This document shows, piece by piece, positions 11,455-25,100 of a stretch of DNA of 64,000 nt. Position 1 is the first letter of the stretch, and each line of letters starts with the position of its first letter. The DNA lies in contig NC_086101.1 of the NCBI RefSeq assembly GCF_963921235.1, positions 9,736,001-9,800,000 of the forward strand. The letters are read 5' to 3'. The notes beneath the pieces are model-generated. The model had not been told where the DNA came from, made no database searches, and worked only from the letters and a program-made list of their open reading frames with translations. This DNA comes from Mobula hypostoma. Lineage: Eukaryota. Both the position numbers and the translations under genes were made by a program.

Positions 11455-14400
11455 ACCGTAAGATATAGAAGCTGAATTAGGCCATTTGGCCCATCGAGCC
11501 TGCTCTGACATTTCATCATGGCTAGTCCATTTTCCCTCTCAGCCCCAATCTCCTGCCTCCTCCCCATATCCCTTCATGCCCTGACCAATCAAGAATCTAT
11601 CAACCTCTATCTTAAAGATACCCAATGACTTGGCTTCCACGGCCACTTGTGGCAATGCATTCCACAGATTCACTGCTCTCTGGTTAAAGATATTCCTTCT
11701 CATCTCCATTCTAATAGGACACCCCTCTATTCAGGGTCTGTGTCCTCTGGTCTTAGACTCCCCCATCATACAAAACATCCTCTCCACATCCCCTCTTTTG
11801 AGGCCTTTCAACATTCAATGGGTTTCAATTAGGTCAGTACTCATTCTTCTGAATTCCAGTGAGTACAGGCCCAGAGCCATGTGCTCTTTATATGACAAGC
11901 TGTTCAATCCCAGAATCTTTTTCATGAACCTCCTTTGAACCCTCTCCAATGTCAGCACACCCTTTCTTGATAAAGACCATAAGACCATAAGACAAAGGAG
12001 CAGAAGTAGGCCATTCGGCCCATCGAGTCTGCTCCACCATTTTATCATGAGCTGATCCATTCTCCTATTTAGTCCCACTCCCCCGCCTTCTCACCATAAC
12101 CTTTGATGCCCTGGCTACTCAGATACCTATCAATCTCTGCCTTAAATACACCCAATGACTTGGCCTCCACTGCTGCCCGTGGCAACAAATTCCATAGATT
12201 CACCATACTCTGACTGAAAAAATTTCTTCGCATTTCTGTTCTGAATGGGCGCCCTTCAGTCCTTAAGTCATGCCCTCTCGTACTAGACTCCCCCATCATG
12301 GGAAACAACTTTGCCACATCCACTCTGTCCATGCCTTTTAACATTCGAAATGTTTCTATGAGGTCTCCCCTCATTCTTCTAAACTCCAAGGAATACAGTC
12401 CAAGAGCGGACAAACATTCCTCATATGTTAACCCGCTCATTCGCAGAATCATTCTAGTGAATCTTCTCTGTACCCTCTCTAACGTCAGCACATCCTTTCT
12501 TAAATAAGGAGACCAAAACTGCCCACAGTACTCCAAGTGAGGTCTCACCAGCGCCTTATAGAGCCTCAACATCACATCCCTACTCCTATACTCTATTCCT
12601 CTAGAAATGAATGCCAACATTGCATTCACCTTCTTCACTACTGATTCAACCTGGAGGTTAACTTTAAGGGTATCCTATACGAGGACTCCCAAGTCCCATT
12701 GCATCTCAGAACTTTGAATTCTTTCCCCACTTAAATAATAGTCTGCCCGTTTATTTTTTCTGCCAAAGTGCATAACCATACACTTTCCAACATTGTACTT
12801 CATTTGCCACTTCCCTGCCCATTCTTCCAATCTATCCAAGTCTCTCTGCAGACTCTCCGTTTCCTCAGCACTACTGGCCCCTCCACCTATCTTCGTATCG
12901 TCAGCAAACTTAGCCATAAAACCATCTATTCCATAATCCAAATCATAAAGGGCCCAAAACTGCTCACAATACTCCAAATGAGGCCTCACCAGTGCTTTAT
13001 AAAGCCTCAACATTACATCCTTACTTTTATATTCGAGTCCTCTCAAAATGAATGCTAATATTGCATTTGCCTTCCTCTCTACTGACTCAATCTGTAAATT
13101 AACCTTTACGGCATCTTGCACAAGGACTCCCAAGTCCTTTTGCACCTCAATTTTTTGGATTTTCTTTCCTTTTAGAAATTAGTCTACGCTTTTACATTTT
13201 CTATCGAAGTGCATGACCATATACTTCCCAAAACTGTATTTCTTCTGCCACTTTGCCCATACTCCTGATCTGCCCAAGTCCTCCTGTAGCCTCTCTACTT
13301 CCTCAAAACTACATGCCCCTCCACCAACCCTCGCATCATCCGCAAACCTGGCTGCAAATCCATCAGTTCCGTCATCCATAACGTAAAAGGAAGCAGTCCC
13401 AACACCACTAGTCACCGGCAGCCAACCATAAAAGGCTGCTTTTATTCCCACTCTTTGCCTCCTGTCAATCAGTCACTGCTTTATAAATGCTAGTATCTTT
13501 CCTGTAACTCCATGAGCTCTTAACTTGTTAAGCGGCCTCATGTATGGCACCTTGTCAAAGGCCTTCTGAAAAACCAAGTACACAACATCCACTGATTCTC
13601 CTTTGTCTATCCTGCTTATTTCTTCAAATAATTCCAACAGATATGTCAGGCAAGAGTTTCCCTTGAGGAAATAACGTTGACTATGGCCTATTTTAAATGC
13701 AGTCCCAGGATCAGAGGGGAGAGCCAATTTTGCTCACTCTCCATGAATTTCACTCCTCTCCTGGGGTGCTGCAGCGTTATGCTGTCCTGTTCTTTGTTCA
13801 ATTTTTAAGCCAGCCCAGATAGACAGAAAATACAGAGTGTCAGTTAGGATAAAAGCCAAATTCGCTCATTCTCCACGACAGTCATCTCCACGGTGCTAAG
13901 ATTATGAAGACCGCCCTGGCTGCTGTGCACCAGGCTTGCTAAAATGATGAATTGATAAGCGAGGCTTTGGGCCTACTCGGGCTGCTGCAGAGTTTGCATC
14001 TGAGGACTTGATTTGGGTTTGGAATGCAGCTGTTCACTCCAGTTGTTTGCATGATTTGTATTTTCTTTCTTTCTCTTGCACGTTGGTCTTTTATGTATTT
14101 TTTTTCTTTAATTGCGTTCTTTCAGGTTTCTTGCTTTGTGGCTATCTGCAAGCTAGCAAATCGCAAGGTTATATAATTTATACATTCTGAGATCATAAAT
14201 GTCTTTGTATCTTGAATCTTGATTCTTGAATTTTACCTTGTGCCTCCAAGTACTGAAGCCACATCGTCCCAACCACTAACTGGCCTATAATTTCTTTTCT
14301 TCTGCCTCTCTCCCTTCTTGAAGAGTGGAGTGACATTTGAAATTTTCCAGTCTCCCTGAACCATTCTAGAATCTTGTGATTCTTGAAAGATGATTACTAA

Positions 14401-15130
14401 TACCTCCACAACCTCTTCAGCCACCTCTTTCAGAACCCTGGGCTGTACACCATTTGGCCAGGTGACTTATCTACCTTTAGGCTTTTCAGTTTCCCAAGAA
14501 ACTTCTCCCTAGTAATGGCAGCTTCACACACTTCTGCCCCCTAGCACTGCCAAACTTCCTGCATAATGCTAGTGTCTTCCACAGTGACAACCGATGCAAA
14601 ATACTTATTCAGTCATCCACCATTTCCTTGTCCCTCTTTCTACCTCTCCAGCACCATTGTCCAGTGGTCCTGATATCCAGTCTTGCCACTCTTTTACAGA
14701 AACTGAAGGAACTTTTTGGATCCTCAAGAATATTATTTGCTAGCTTAATTTTGTATCCCATGTTTTCCTTCTTAATGACTTTTTTATTCTGTTGGTTTTA
14801 AAAGCTTCCCAATCCTCCAACTTCCCACTAATTTTTGCTTTATGATATGCCCTCTCTTTAACTTTTATGTTGGACTTGTTAGCCACAGTTGTATCATCTT
14901 GCCCTTAAAATATGTTTTCCATTTTTGGGATGTATATATCCTGTGCCTTCTGAATTGCTTCCAGAAACTCCAGCCACTCTGCCATCATCCCTACCAGTGT
15001 CCTTTTCCAATCAATTTTGGCCAGCTTCTCTCTCATGCCTCTGTAATTCCCTTCACTCCACAGTAATACTGATACATCTGACCTTAACTTCTCCTTCTCA
15101 AATTTCACGGTGAATTCTATCACATTATGA
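11455..15130 (-). mobile_element. Old CR1 LINE fragments with a nested younger CR1 (11976-12944)
   Basis: Reverse-transcriptase and C-terminal peptides in the minus-strand ORFs. The inner element is flanked by ATAAAG at 11970-11975 and 12945-12950 (TSD). Confidence 0.85.
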
Positions 15131-15974
15131 TCACCAGCCACTGATAGATTCTTGATTTGTCCGGGCATCAAATGTTATGGAGGGGTGGCAGGAGAATGGA
15201 GTTCAGAGGGATATAAAAAAATCAGCCATGATGCAGATAGATCAAATGGCCTAATTCTGCTCCTGTGTCTTATGGTCTTGTCTTCCTTCATCATAACCCC
15301 TGGCAGTTCATTACGGGCAGCCATCATTGTCTGCAAACATTTGCTCCACAAACTTTCTTTGAATAAGCCCCTTCTCACCTTAATTAATGCCGTCCAGTAT
15401 TGTACATTTTCACCTCAGAAAAAGATAACTGGCAGTCTCTCATAATACTTTCAATCTCTATCAGGTCTCCCCTCAGCCTTTGCTACCCCAGAGAAATGAA
15501 TCCAGGTTTGCCCAGCCTCTTCCTCTAGCAGATGCTCTGTAAGACAGTCTGCTTGCTCTTGAAAGCCTCAACATCCTTTACAGAAGAGATTCTGCAGATG
15601 CTGAAAATTCAGGGTAAAACACACAAAATGTTGGAGGAACGCAGCAGGTCAGGAGGTATCTGTGAAGGTATCTATGACATTTCAGGCCCAGTGCCTCTTC
15701 TCCATGGATGCTGCCTTACTTTTTTGAGTTCCTGGACCATTTTGTGCGTGTTACGTCCTTCCCAGCAGCCAAGTCCTCTCCCAACCAGCCGAGGCAGAAA
15801 AAACCCAAGTGGTCACAGGGAAACGTGCAAACTCTACACACAGACAGTGCCAGTGGTCAGGTTCGGACCTGTCACTGGAGCTGCAATTAGCAGAGCTAAC
15901 CACTCTGTCATGGGGCCAGCTGGCTGGGGTCCTCAATTATCTTTCCACTGTGAAACCCGTCCATGGTGGTTAGT

Positions 15975-17800
15975 CCTCTGTGAGGGCTGTTTCCTGAGAA
16001 GCTTGAGGAGATTTGGTACGTCACCAAAGACACTCTCAAGTTTCTACAAGCACGCCGTGGGGAGCATTCTGACATGAAGCATCACCACTAGGCTCCACTA
16101 CATGGGACTGCAAGAGAGCACAGAGAGTTGTCGACTCATCCACCTCCATCACTGGCACAACCCACCCCACCGTCCAGGACATTCTCAACAGACGGTGCCT
16201 CAGGAAGGCAGCATCCGTCACTAAGGCCCTCACCATCCAGGACATGCCCCTCTTCTCAGTACTACCATCTGGAAGGAGGTACAGGAGTCTGCAGTCACAT
16301 ACTCGAGGAGAGCAGCCGATGAGACCTGTTCCTTGGACGTCTCTGAGGCTGAGGTATGTGGAACATTCCAACATGTCAACAGCCACAAGGCAGCGGGGCC
16401 GGACGGCATCCCAGGGCAGGTCCTCAAAGGGTGTGTGGAACAGCTGGGTGGTGCGTTTATGAACATTCCCTCTCTCCGTGCGTAGTGGCCTCCTGTTTCA
16501 AGTCGTCCATCATTGTCCCTGTACCTAAGAAAAGCACACTCACCTCAAGTATAAGCAAATGCTTTTGAGAGGCTGGTTAAAGACTACATCTACAGCATGC
16601 TACTACCCAGACTGGACCCCCTTCAATTCGTCTGTCAACAGAACCACCATAGCCACAGCTCTACACACTGTCCTCACTCCTGGAGAAGAGGGGTGCATAT
16701 GTTAGAATGCTGTTCCTGGACTACAGTTCAGTATTCAACACCATAATTCTCTCCAGACTTGAAAGGAAGCTCAGAGACCTCAGCCTGCACCCTACTTTGT
16801 GCAGATGGATCCTAGACTTCCTATCAGATCTCCAAGAGGTGGTAAGGATGGGCTCTCTCACCTCTGCCCCTCTGACCCTCGACACAGGTGCCCGACAGGG
16901 TTGTGTCCTGAGTCCCCTCCTCTACTCCCTTTACACCCACGACTGTACTGCCACACACAGCTCCAATCTGCTGACCAGCTGACACAACATTGATTGGCCT
17001 TATTTCTAGCAGTGACGAAACAGCCTACAGATGAGAGGTTAACACCCTGACACAGTGGTGCCAAGATAACAATCTCTCCCTCAATGCCCAAAAAACAAAA
17101 GTGCTGATCGTGGTTTGCGGGAGGAACAGAGTGAGGCTTAACCGAATAAGCATCAATGGGACTGCAGTTGAGAGGGTGAGTAATTTCAAATTCCTTGGTA
17201 TACACATCATCAAAAATCTCACCTGGACTGTACACACCAGCTGTATGGTAAAGCAAAGCACAACAGTGTCTCAGGCAACTGAAGAGGTTCAGCATAAGTC
17301 CCCAAATCCTCAAGATCTTCTACAGGGGTACCATTGAGAGTATCGTGACTGGCTGTATCACCAAAAAGAGAAAATCTATGGATGCTGGAAATCCGAGCAG
17401 CACGTGTCGACTGTACTCATTTCCCAGATACTACCTGGTCTGCTGAGTTCCTCCAGTGTTTTGTGTGTGTTGCTTGGTTGTATCAGCACCTGGTATGGGA
17501 ACTGCACCAGCCTCAGTCACTGGGCACTGCAGAGAGTGGACAGATGGCCCAGCGCATCTGTGGATGTGAACTTCCCTCCATTGAGGACATTTACAGCGGC
17601 AGGTGCATAAAGGAGGCCTGGAAGATCACCGGGGATACCAGTCACCCCACCATAAATCGTTTCAGCTGCTGCCATCTGGAAAATGGTTGCACAGGCTATG
17701 GGACAGCTTCTTTCTACAAGCCATCAGACTTTTAAATTCACATGTCTGTACATTGCAATGGAGTCATAATGCAGATTTTTATTCCCTCATATTGTGGGGA
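15975..17800 (+). mobile_element. Rex1/Babar-like retrotransposon RT fragments
   Basis: KAAGPDGIPG, FKSSIIVPVPKK, MLFLDYSSVFNTI, TGARQGCVLSPLLYSLYTHDC, VERVSNFKFLGIHI. Confidence 0.85.
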
Positions 17801-18864
17801 TGGATGTAAGATTTAAATAGATTCAATTCAATGATTCAGGAACCAATTCTTCCCTTCAATGATCCCACGAACACTACCTCACTGTTCGTGTTTTGCCCTC
17901 GTTATTTATGATTTAATTCATAGTAATTTTAAGTACAGAGTTCCATGTGAGTCCAAAAGTTGAGATCCAGGAGTGTAGGCCTGAAGGTGAATTGTGAGTT
18001 TGCTACTCAGAGGTTGGTGAAATTTAAGTGGTCAGTAAAGTCCAAAGTCGACCACCGAATATCTGTGAGTCTGAGAATCCGGGCCCAAGGACTGGATGCC
18101 CAGAAGTGGCCTGTCCTAGCGTTCAAGCCGTTCTGTGTCTGCGACTGGGTTGTTGGGTGGGGGTGGGGTTGTTTCACTGTTGTTGTCGTGTTTTGTTTTG
18201 TTGTAGTTGCTTGTGTTGTTCTATTGAGCATGATGGACGTGCTACACTGGCTCCCCCCCACCCCACACATCCTGAGGTTGCATTGGTTGGTAGCACAAAT
18301 GACACGTTGCACAGTATGTTTTGACGTACGCTTACTGGTCCTCCGTTGGTCAGGGTCGGCTACAGATGTTGCATCCTGGCTGTCTGATATGCCAGCCTGG
18401 GCAGTAAGCTATGGGGAACAAGCTGTTGCCCAGGCAGCAGGCTCCTCCTCGCCGTGCAGCTGATGAATCCAAAGGAACACCAGAGACTGATTCCGTTTTG
18501 GCACCAGTGGCATTGCAGGAGTTATCAGTCAGCGCTCAGCTCAATGTAATACTGCCTTTGGGACTTCAGCTCTGGATGTTTCGTTGGTGTTCACTTCCAA
18601 AGCCTTCGTCAGGAGTGGCTTTAGCCGCAAGGCAGCAAAGGTTTCAGATCAGTTTTCCATCTCTTAGATCAGCTGCCAACCCCAGCTGATGAGCCCCATC
18701 TGCCCGGAGCAACTGATTTCAAGGTGCTTGTAACCTGCCTTTATCTCTTCTTCAGTTGAATCGGTTCGACTGGGCTTAGTAGCCAAGCCGTACATGAAGG
18801 CCAGGAGCTGGACTTGTTTGTCAGCAGCTATTTGAGACACAGGCCATTAAGAACATTTAGTAGG

Positions 18865-19205
18865 CTCACGTGTTCATTCGGTGCCGTGTGATATGGCATG
18901 GTCTTTGACCATGATTGGTTTTAGCAACTTTTTCTACAGAAGTGGTTTGCCATTGCCTTCTTCTGGGCAGGTGACCCCAGTCATTATCGATACTCTTCGG
19001 AGACTGTCTGCCTGGCGTCACTGGTCGCATAACCAGGATATGTGATCTGCACCAGCTGCTCATATGACTATCCACCACTTGCTCCCACGGCTTCATGTGA
19101 CCCAGAATGAGGGCTAAGCAGGTGCTACATCTTGGCCACGGGTGACTTACAGGCTAGCGGACGAAAGGAGCGCCTTACACCTCTTTTGGCAGAGGTGTGT
19201 CTCCA
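18865..19205 (-). mobile_element. Short element with RTE/BovB-like tail
   Basis: Minus strand contains gaagaaggcaatggcaaaccacttctg, resembling RTE-type 3' sequence. Confidence 0.45.
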
Positions 19206-19958
19206 CCCTGACATCTAACTAATAGGTAGGGGGAGGTTATCCACCCTTCCCCACCCCCCCCAGTAAGAAATACCTACATCAATAGTTCCTTAACTTTAGC
19301 CAATAGCTCCCCCACTTTGCACGATCTCCTTCCACCACCATCCTGACTAATCCAACGAAATTCAGGCAATCGGTGGAGAATTGTTGAACATCCTCCTGTT
19401 CCAAGATCTTAAGAGTGTGCTCTTAGTCACCACCGTACCCATCTGTGGATCAGATTCATCTTCCTCCTGTATGCAGTCAATAACCAGGTGCAAGGCACAG
19501 GAAGTGGCCCACAACTCTCCCCATGACATTGCAGAGTGCAGTCTGGAGCCGTTCTCTCTCTCTCAGTTAAGCTCCAATCCATTCTTTCCAGTTCCCAAAG
19601 ACCACCGTTCTGTGGATAAACTCTTCCTGCCTTCATGGCCAGTATGATTCCTCAGCTAGTATTCCTGACACAACACTGAGAGGGGTGGATTGCTCCAGAT
19701 ATGGGAATTTTGGGAAAGGCACAAACGGGTTTTGGGCTCATCATATGAAGAGTGTTTGATGGCTCTGGGCCTGTATTCACTAGAATTCAGAAGAATGAGG
19801 GGTGACCTGATTGAAACCTATCAAATATTGAAAGGCATTGATAGAGTGGATGTGGCAAGGATATTTCCTACAGTGGGAGAATCTCGGATCAGAGGACACA
19901 ACCTCAGAATAGGGAACATCCTTTTAAAATGGAGATGAGGAGTAATTTCTTTAGCCAG

Positions 19959-20876
19959 TGTTACATACCCCGTGGGTATCTTGTGGCTGTCTCATAACCA
20001 TGACGTAATTGAGTATCTTGTGAGCATGATGTAATTGTCTTGTGATGGTGGGGTGATGTAATTTTCCCACCAGTGTGAGGTCACATGATGTAATTTTCCG
20101 GTGGTGTGAGGTCATGTGATGGCATGTTCCAACAGGTATATATAAGGGAGACACTTGTTCTGATGCAGGGTTAGGTCGATAGTCAGTTCGTTAGTTAGTT
20201 TTGCTGCACAGTTTCGTTTTGAAGTGGAGTTTTTGCTTTCTATTGTAGGGACCAAAAACTGTTGTGCTGGCAATTTCACCAATCGCTGCTGGTTCTGGTT
20301 TGTTGCATCTTTGATTTACCTTTACAGTCTAGTTGGAGAGTGAAGACTTCACCGAACTATGGGAACGCGAAGGATTGAGTGAAGTTGGAGTCATTCGGCG
20401 GTTTTGTTAAGGATCGACCTTATTGTATCTTCGTTCAGGAATAGTGACCTGCATCTGAGATAACCCCTGCAAGATCAGGAAGGTTGTGCAGTGTTCACCC
20501 TCCTGCAAAAAGATCAGTTCCTTTAAGCCGTTTCATTTCCTTCGTCGTGAATCCTTTGGGACAAGGCATATCTCGGCTGGGATCGACAGGCATGTCACGT
20601 CTTCGATGAAATCAGTTTTCAGGGAAGTCTCTCCTTACTGACTGTATAAATCACTTGGACTTTCGAATTTACCACCTTAAGACTGTGTTTGAATTTACCA
20701 CTTTAAGAACTATCCCAGAGTTTGGCTGTTTGTTAGATTGTCATATAGCAGTTAACTTCTGGTTAAGTTAGTCGTTTGTTTACTTTTCACTTTTATTGAG
20801 CAGAGTTGAATAAATGTTTATGTTTGTTTATAAAACCTGACTCAATTTTATATTCATTGTTGCTGGCCACATAACA
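19959..20876 (+). mobile_element. Solo LTR (918 bp, probably Gypsy-type) inserted into a CR1 fragment
   Basis: TGTTA...TAACA termini, CCAG duplicated at 19955-19958 and 20877-20880, TATATAA near 20138, AATAAA at 20809-20814. The flanks rejoin into continuous CR1 sequence. Confidence 0.9.
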
Positions 20877-21499
20877 CCAGAGAGTGGTGAATTTGTGGTA
20901 TTCATTGCTACAGGTGGCTGTGAAGGACATATCATTCAGTATATTTAAAGAGTAAGGATGTCAAAGGTTATAGAGAGGAGGCAGTAGCCTGGGGCTGAAA
21001 GGCAAATTCAATCAGTCATAAGTTAAGATAATATAGGATATAGGAGCAGAACTAGGCCACTTGGTCCATCAAGTCAGCTCTGCCATTTTGTCATGGCTGA
21101 TCCATTTTCCCTCACAGCTCCAATCTCCTGCCTTCTCCACATATCCCTTCATGCCCTGACCAATCGAGAATCTATCAACCTCTGCCTTAAATGCTCGTAC
21201 AGATTTGGCCTGCACTGCTGATTGTGGCAAAGAATTCCACAGGTTCACCACTCTCTGGCGAAAAAAGATCCTTCATGCTTTGGCCAAAAAAAGATCCTCC
21301 TTATCTCAAAGTACATATATGTCACCAGATACTACCTTGAGATCACAAACAAGAGAAAAACTGCAGACGCTGGAAATCCGAGCAACACACACAAAATGTT
21401 GGAGGAACTCAGCAGGCCCGGCGGCATCTATGGAAACGAGTACAGTCGTCGTTTTGGGCCGAATCCCTTTGGCAGTACTGGAGAAAAAAAGATGTAAAA

Positions 21500-22008
21500 C
21501 ACAATGATAACTTCATTGTAAAAACAGACTCTTTTGCGTCCATTGTCACACTAGAGAAGCGAAATGACTCAGAAGATTGTAATTCTTCATCATTCACTTT
21601 ATCAGGATTGTCCTAAGGCCTAGGCCTAAAATCGTCCTCCTCCACCTCACATTTCCTCTTCAAAAATCACCACACTGGCCTGTCTTTAGAATGAAAATTT
21701 CCCTCCAATTTTATACCACACCGGTTCACCTCGATAAGTCAGGGAAAACTGGCAGAGATAATTCAGGAGGCAGACTCAACCAGGTAAACACAGTCCTACT
21801 CTGCGCGGCCATTCTGGGCTGAGAGATCTCTAACAAGATTGCTAACAGGGCTGCGCAGACACTGCCCATCATGGCAAGCCCCAGCATCACATGTCACCGG
21901 AAGTTCAAAAGACCATGTTCATTTTTTCAAATCGCAATCCCTCGCAGAACCCCTTGCGACCTCTCGCAGAATCTCAGGGTTCCGCAGAACCCAGGTTGAG
22001 AAACACTG
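21500..22008 (-). mobile_element. hAT (Charlie-like) DNA transposon end with degraded transposase N-terminus
   Basis: Terminus CAGTGTTTCTCAACCTGGGTTCTGCGGAACCC read from 22008 on the minus strand, subterminal repeats, and a FLKRKCEVEEDD remnant near 21665. Confidence 0.6.
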
Positions 22009-22009
22009 G

Positions 22010-24075
22010 ATTAGACTATTGAAAGTTTAATCCGTTTTGACAGAATGCTGATTTTGGCATCAAAGCACTTGACTCCAGCAAATGCGTTCTGACCAGTATT
22101 ACCAAACAAAACTTTATTTCCCATCAAGATACACTATGTGATGGTAATGATAAAAATACTTTTGAAATTGACAAACAAAGGTTTTAGTTTAACATTAACT
22201 CTGACAAAACATCTGTCCAATTAGAAGAAGCAACACCTACAATTAAAAACACATCCTTACAGTCTGCACTATATAACAAAATTCCATAAGGGATCACAGT
22301 TAAGGCAAGCAGCTGGAGAACTTTGTTAAAGACATCCACGTGAAACATGAACATAGGCAGCCCAACTCAACTAAGCATTGTCTAGTCTTGTTAAAAAGAA
22401 CAATAATGCTTAGAAAACATTTGCCTACCCTCCCCAACTCTGGAATAAGTAGCAATTAAAATTTCAAACAGATTATAGAGATCATTATTTTTCAACTGTC
22501 CTTAAGAGGGAACACTTTTTAGTACTAACCAAACATTTACTCAAACCTCTACACACTTTTTTTTAATCAGTAAGAGTTATGAAAAATTCTCAGAAATCTC
22601 AACAACTCTGGATAAATCAACACTTGAAATTTAAAGCTCCTTCTTATAGTCTCCATTAGTGAAGCTTTGGAAGATGTAAGACATTCTGTTCTTGTTCCTG
22701 GCCTGCTGGAGATTCTGATGGGGTATCTTCTGACATAAAACTTTGCACTCCTGTATTTTCTTATTTTCTTATCAGCCGTCCTTTTGGTTCTTTGATTAAC
22801 TCTCCACTGTCGACTCTCCAGTCTCTGTACATGCTTTGGTAGTTGTGAGATGATCTTAAGTTTTCCTGTCTCCCTTTTTTTGTATCTCTCTTTCCCTTTC
22901 AATGACTCTTCACCAGTTATTCTTTATTTGTGTCTACATTTATTTGATCGGTCTGCTGATGGCTTTGGGACCATCTTAACAACTTCACTGCCGGTTGTGT
23001 GATGGTGATAACATTCCTCACTTTCTAAAGAAAAAGTTGCCCAAGTTTTGTACTCACTAACTCAACTGTATAGTAGCTTGTAAATGTAATTTAAATATAC
23101 AGAAATAAAGTGGTTATTTATTTTTCTGTTAAAACACTGATAGTAACTCATTGGGTATTGACACGTAACAAATGTACTCTCAGATCAGGAGGAGTAAATC
23201 TTTACTCACATTTCTGGACATCAAAATATCAGTCTTCTACCATGACAGCCACATGCTCTCCTGTCACTTTTCATTTCCATTGCAACCACATAAGCAGTTT
23301 GAAAAACTTGATTGGTCTCTAAAATGCGTTGCGTGTCAATAATGACAGAGGTGTATAAGATGATGAGAGGCATTGATCGTGTGGATAGTCAGAGGCTTTT
23401 TCTCAGGGCTGAAATGGTTGCCACAGAGGACACAGGTTTAAGGTTCTGGGGAGTAGGTACAGAGGAGATGCCAGGGGTAAGTTTTTTACTCAGAGAGTGG
23501 TGAGTACGTGGAATGGGCTGCTGGCAACGGTGGTGGAGGCGGATAAGATAGGGTCCTTTAAGAGGCTTTTGGATAGGTACATGGAGCTTAGAAAAATAGA
23601 GGGCTATAGTTAAAGCCTAGTAATTTCTAAGGTAGGGACATGTTCAGCACAACTTTGTGGGCCAAAGGGCCTGTATTGTGCTGTAGGTTTTCTATGTTTC
23701 TTAAGTGTTAGGGACAGCGGTTCATTGTCATAACAAATGTACAAATTGTATAAAAATTTGCCCTATGAACTTAAAATGAGTTTTAAAAGTTCTTGTCAGA
23801 AAATACAGACTAGAAGTTTCAAGAATTTAACATTTATTATTACAGTACTTTACTTTGAAGACAAAGTTACAGAGTCTGGGTAGGGAACAAGCCCAAAATA
23901 CTGAAATTCTGGCAGATTCAAGTTTTTAACTGTCTTAAAAATTAAGAAAATATTATTTATGAAGCATACTGAAAAAAAGTCAGAGTTACGATTACCTAAT
24001 TTTTAAACCTACAGTACTTGCTTTTGTAAAATCTAATTTTTCTTGAAAAGTTACCCTAATTAAAGAATCGCCCTC
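22010..24075 (-). mobile_element. AT-rich internally deleted DNA transposon, Sola2-like, interrupted by a CR1 3' fragment (about 23341-23700)
   Basis: GAGGG terminus at 24075, degenerate inverted similarity between 22015-22060 and 23890-23935, and a broken basic ORF starting at 22974. Confidence 0.45.
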
Positions 24076-25080
24076 ATACCGATTAAATGATTACACTGTG
24101 CATTCACGTCGAACAAGGTAAAATGATAACCATAAAACATATTAGGCCATTCAGCCCATCAAGTCTGCTCCACCATTGATTTATGATCCCTCTCAACCCC
24201 ATTCTCCTGTCTTTTCCCTGTTACCCTTATTAATCAAGAACCTATCAATCTCCACTTTAAATATAACTAATGTCTTGGTATGTTAGACTACAGTATAACT
24301 TCCATCGAATCATTGTCCTCTGACTAAAGGCATTCATTTTTGTCTCTGTGCTAAAGAGACGTCCGTCAATTCTGAAGCTGTGCCCTCTGTTCCTAGACTC
24401 CCCCACTCCAGGAAACATCCTCAACACATCCACTCTTTCCAGTCCCTTCCATATTTGGTAGATTTCTCATTCTTCTAAACTCCTGCGAGTTCAGGCCCAG
24501 GGTCATAAAACATTATACCTTTCATTCCCGGGACCATTCGTGTGTACCTCCTCCCGACCCTTTCCAATGCTCGCACATGCTTTCTTAGATACGGAACCTA
24601 AAAACTACTCACAATACTCTAAATGTGGTCTGACCGATGCCTTTTGAAGCACTAGCATCACAGTCCTGGAGTTATGCCCTAGTCCTTTCAAACTGAATGC
24701 TAACATTATATTTGGTTTCCTTACCACCGGCTCAACCCACAAGTTAACTTTAGGGAATCCTGCACCAGGAATCCCATGTTCTGATTTCCGATTTCTAATT
24801 CGCTCCCCGTTTAGAAAATAGTCTCCGCCACTCTTTCTTCGAACGGAGTGCATTACAAAGCAGAATGAAGTGTAACAGCAACAGAGAAAGTGCAGTGTAG
24901 AGAAACAAGAAGCTGTAAGGTCATAACGACGTAGGTTATCAGGCCTATAGTCTATCTTATCGAGTGATTTTTGTGTTCCCCCCGCCCCCCGCACTTATGG
25001 ATAGAAAGATAACTCTGCAATTGGATCCAGTTGGTTGCTCGGATGCCTTGTAACGTTTCTTCGTGTCCTAGCCAAAGTCA

Positions 25081-25100
25081 ACACTGCCACCTAGCGTCGT
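25081..25100 (-). promoter_or_regulatory. CTCF-like motif
   Basis: Minus strand ACGACGCTAGGTGGCAGTG matches the CCRSYAGRKGGCRS core except at its first C. Lies in a short patch that retains CpGs. Confidence 0.5.
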
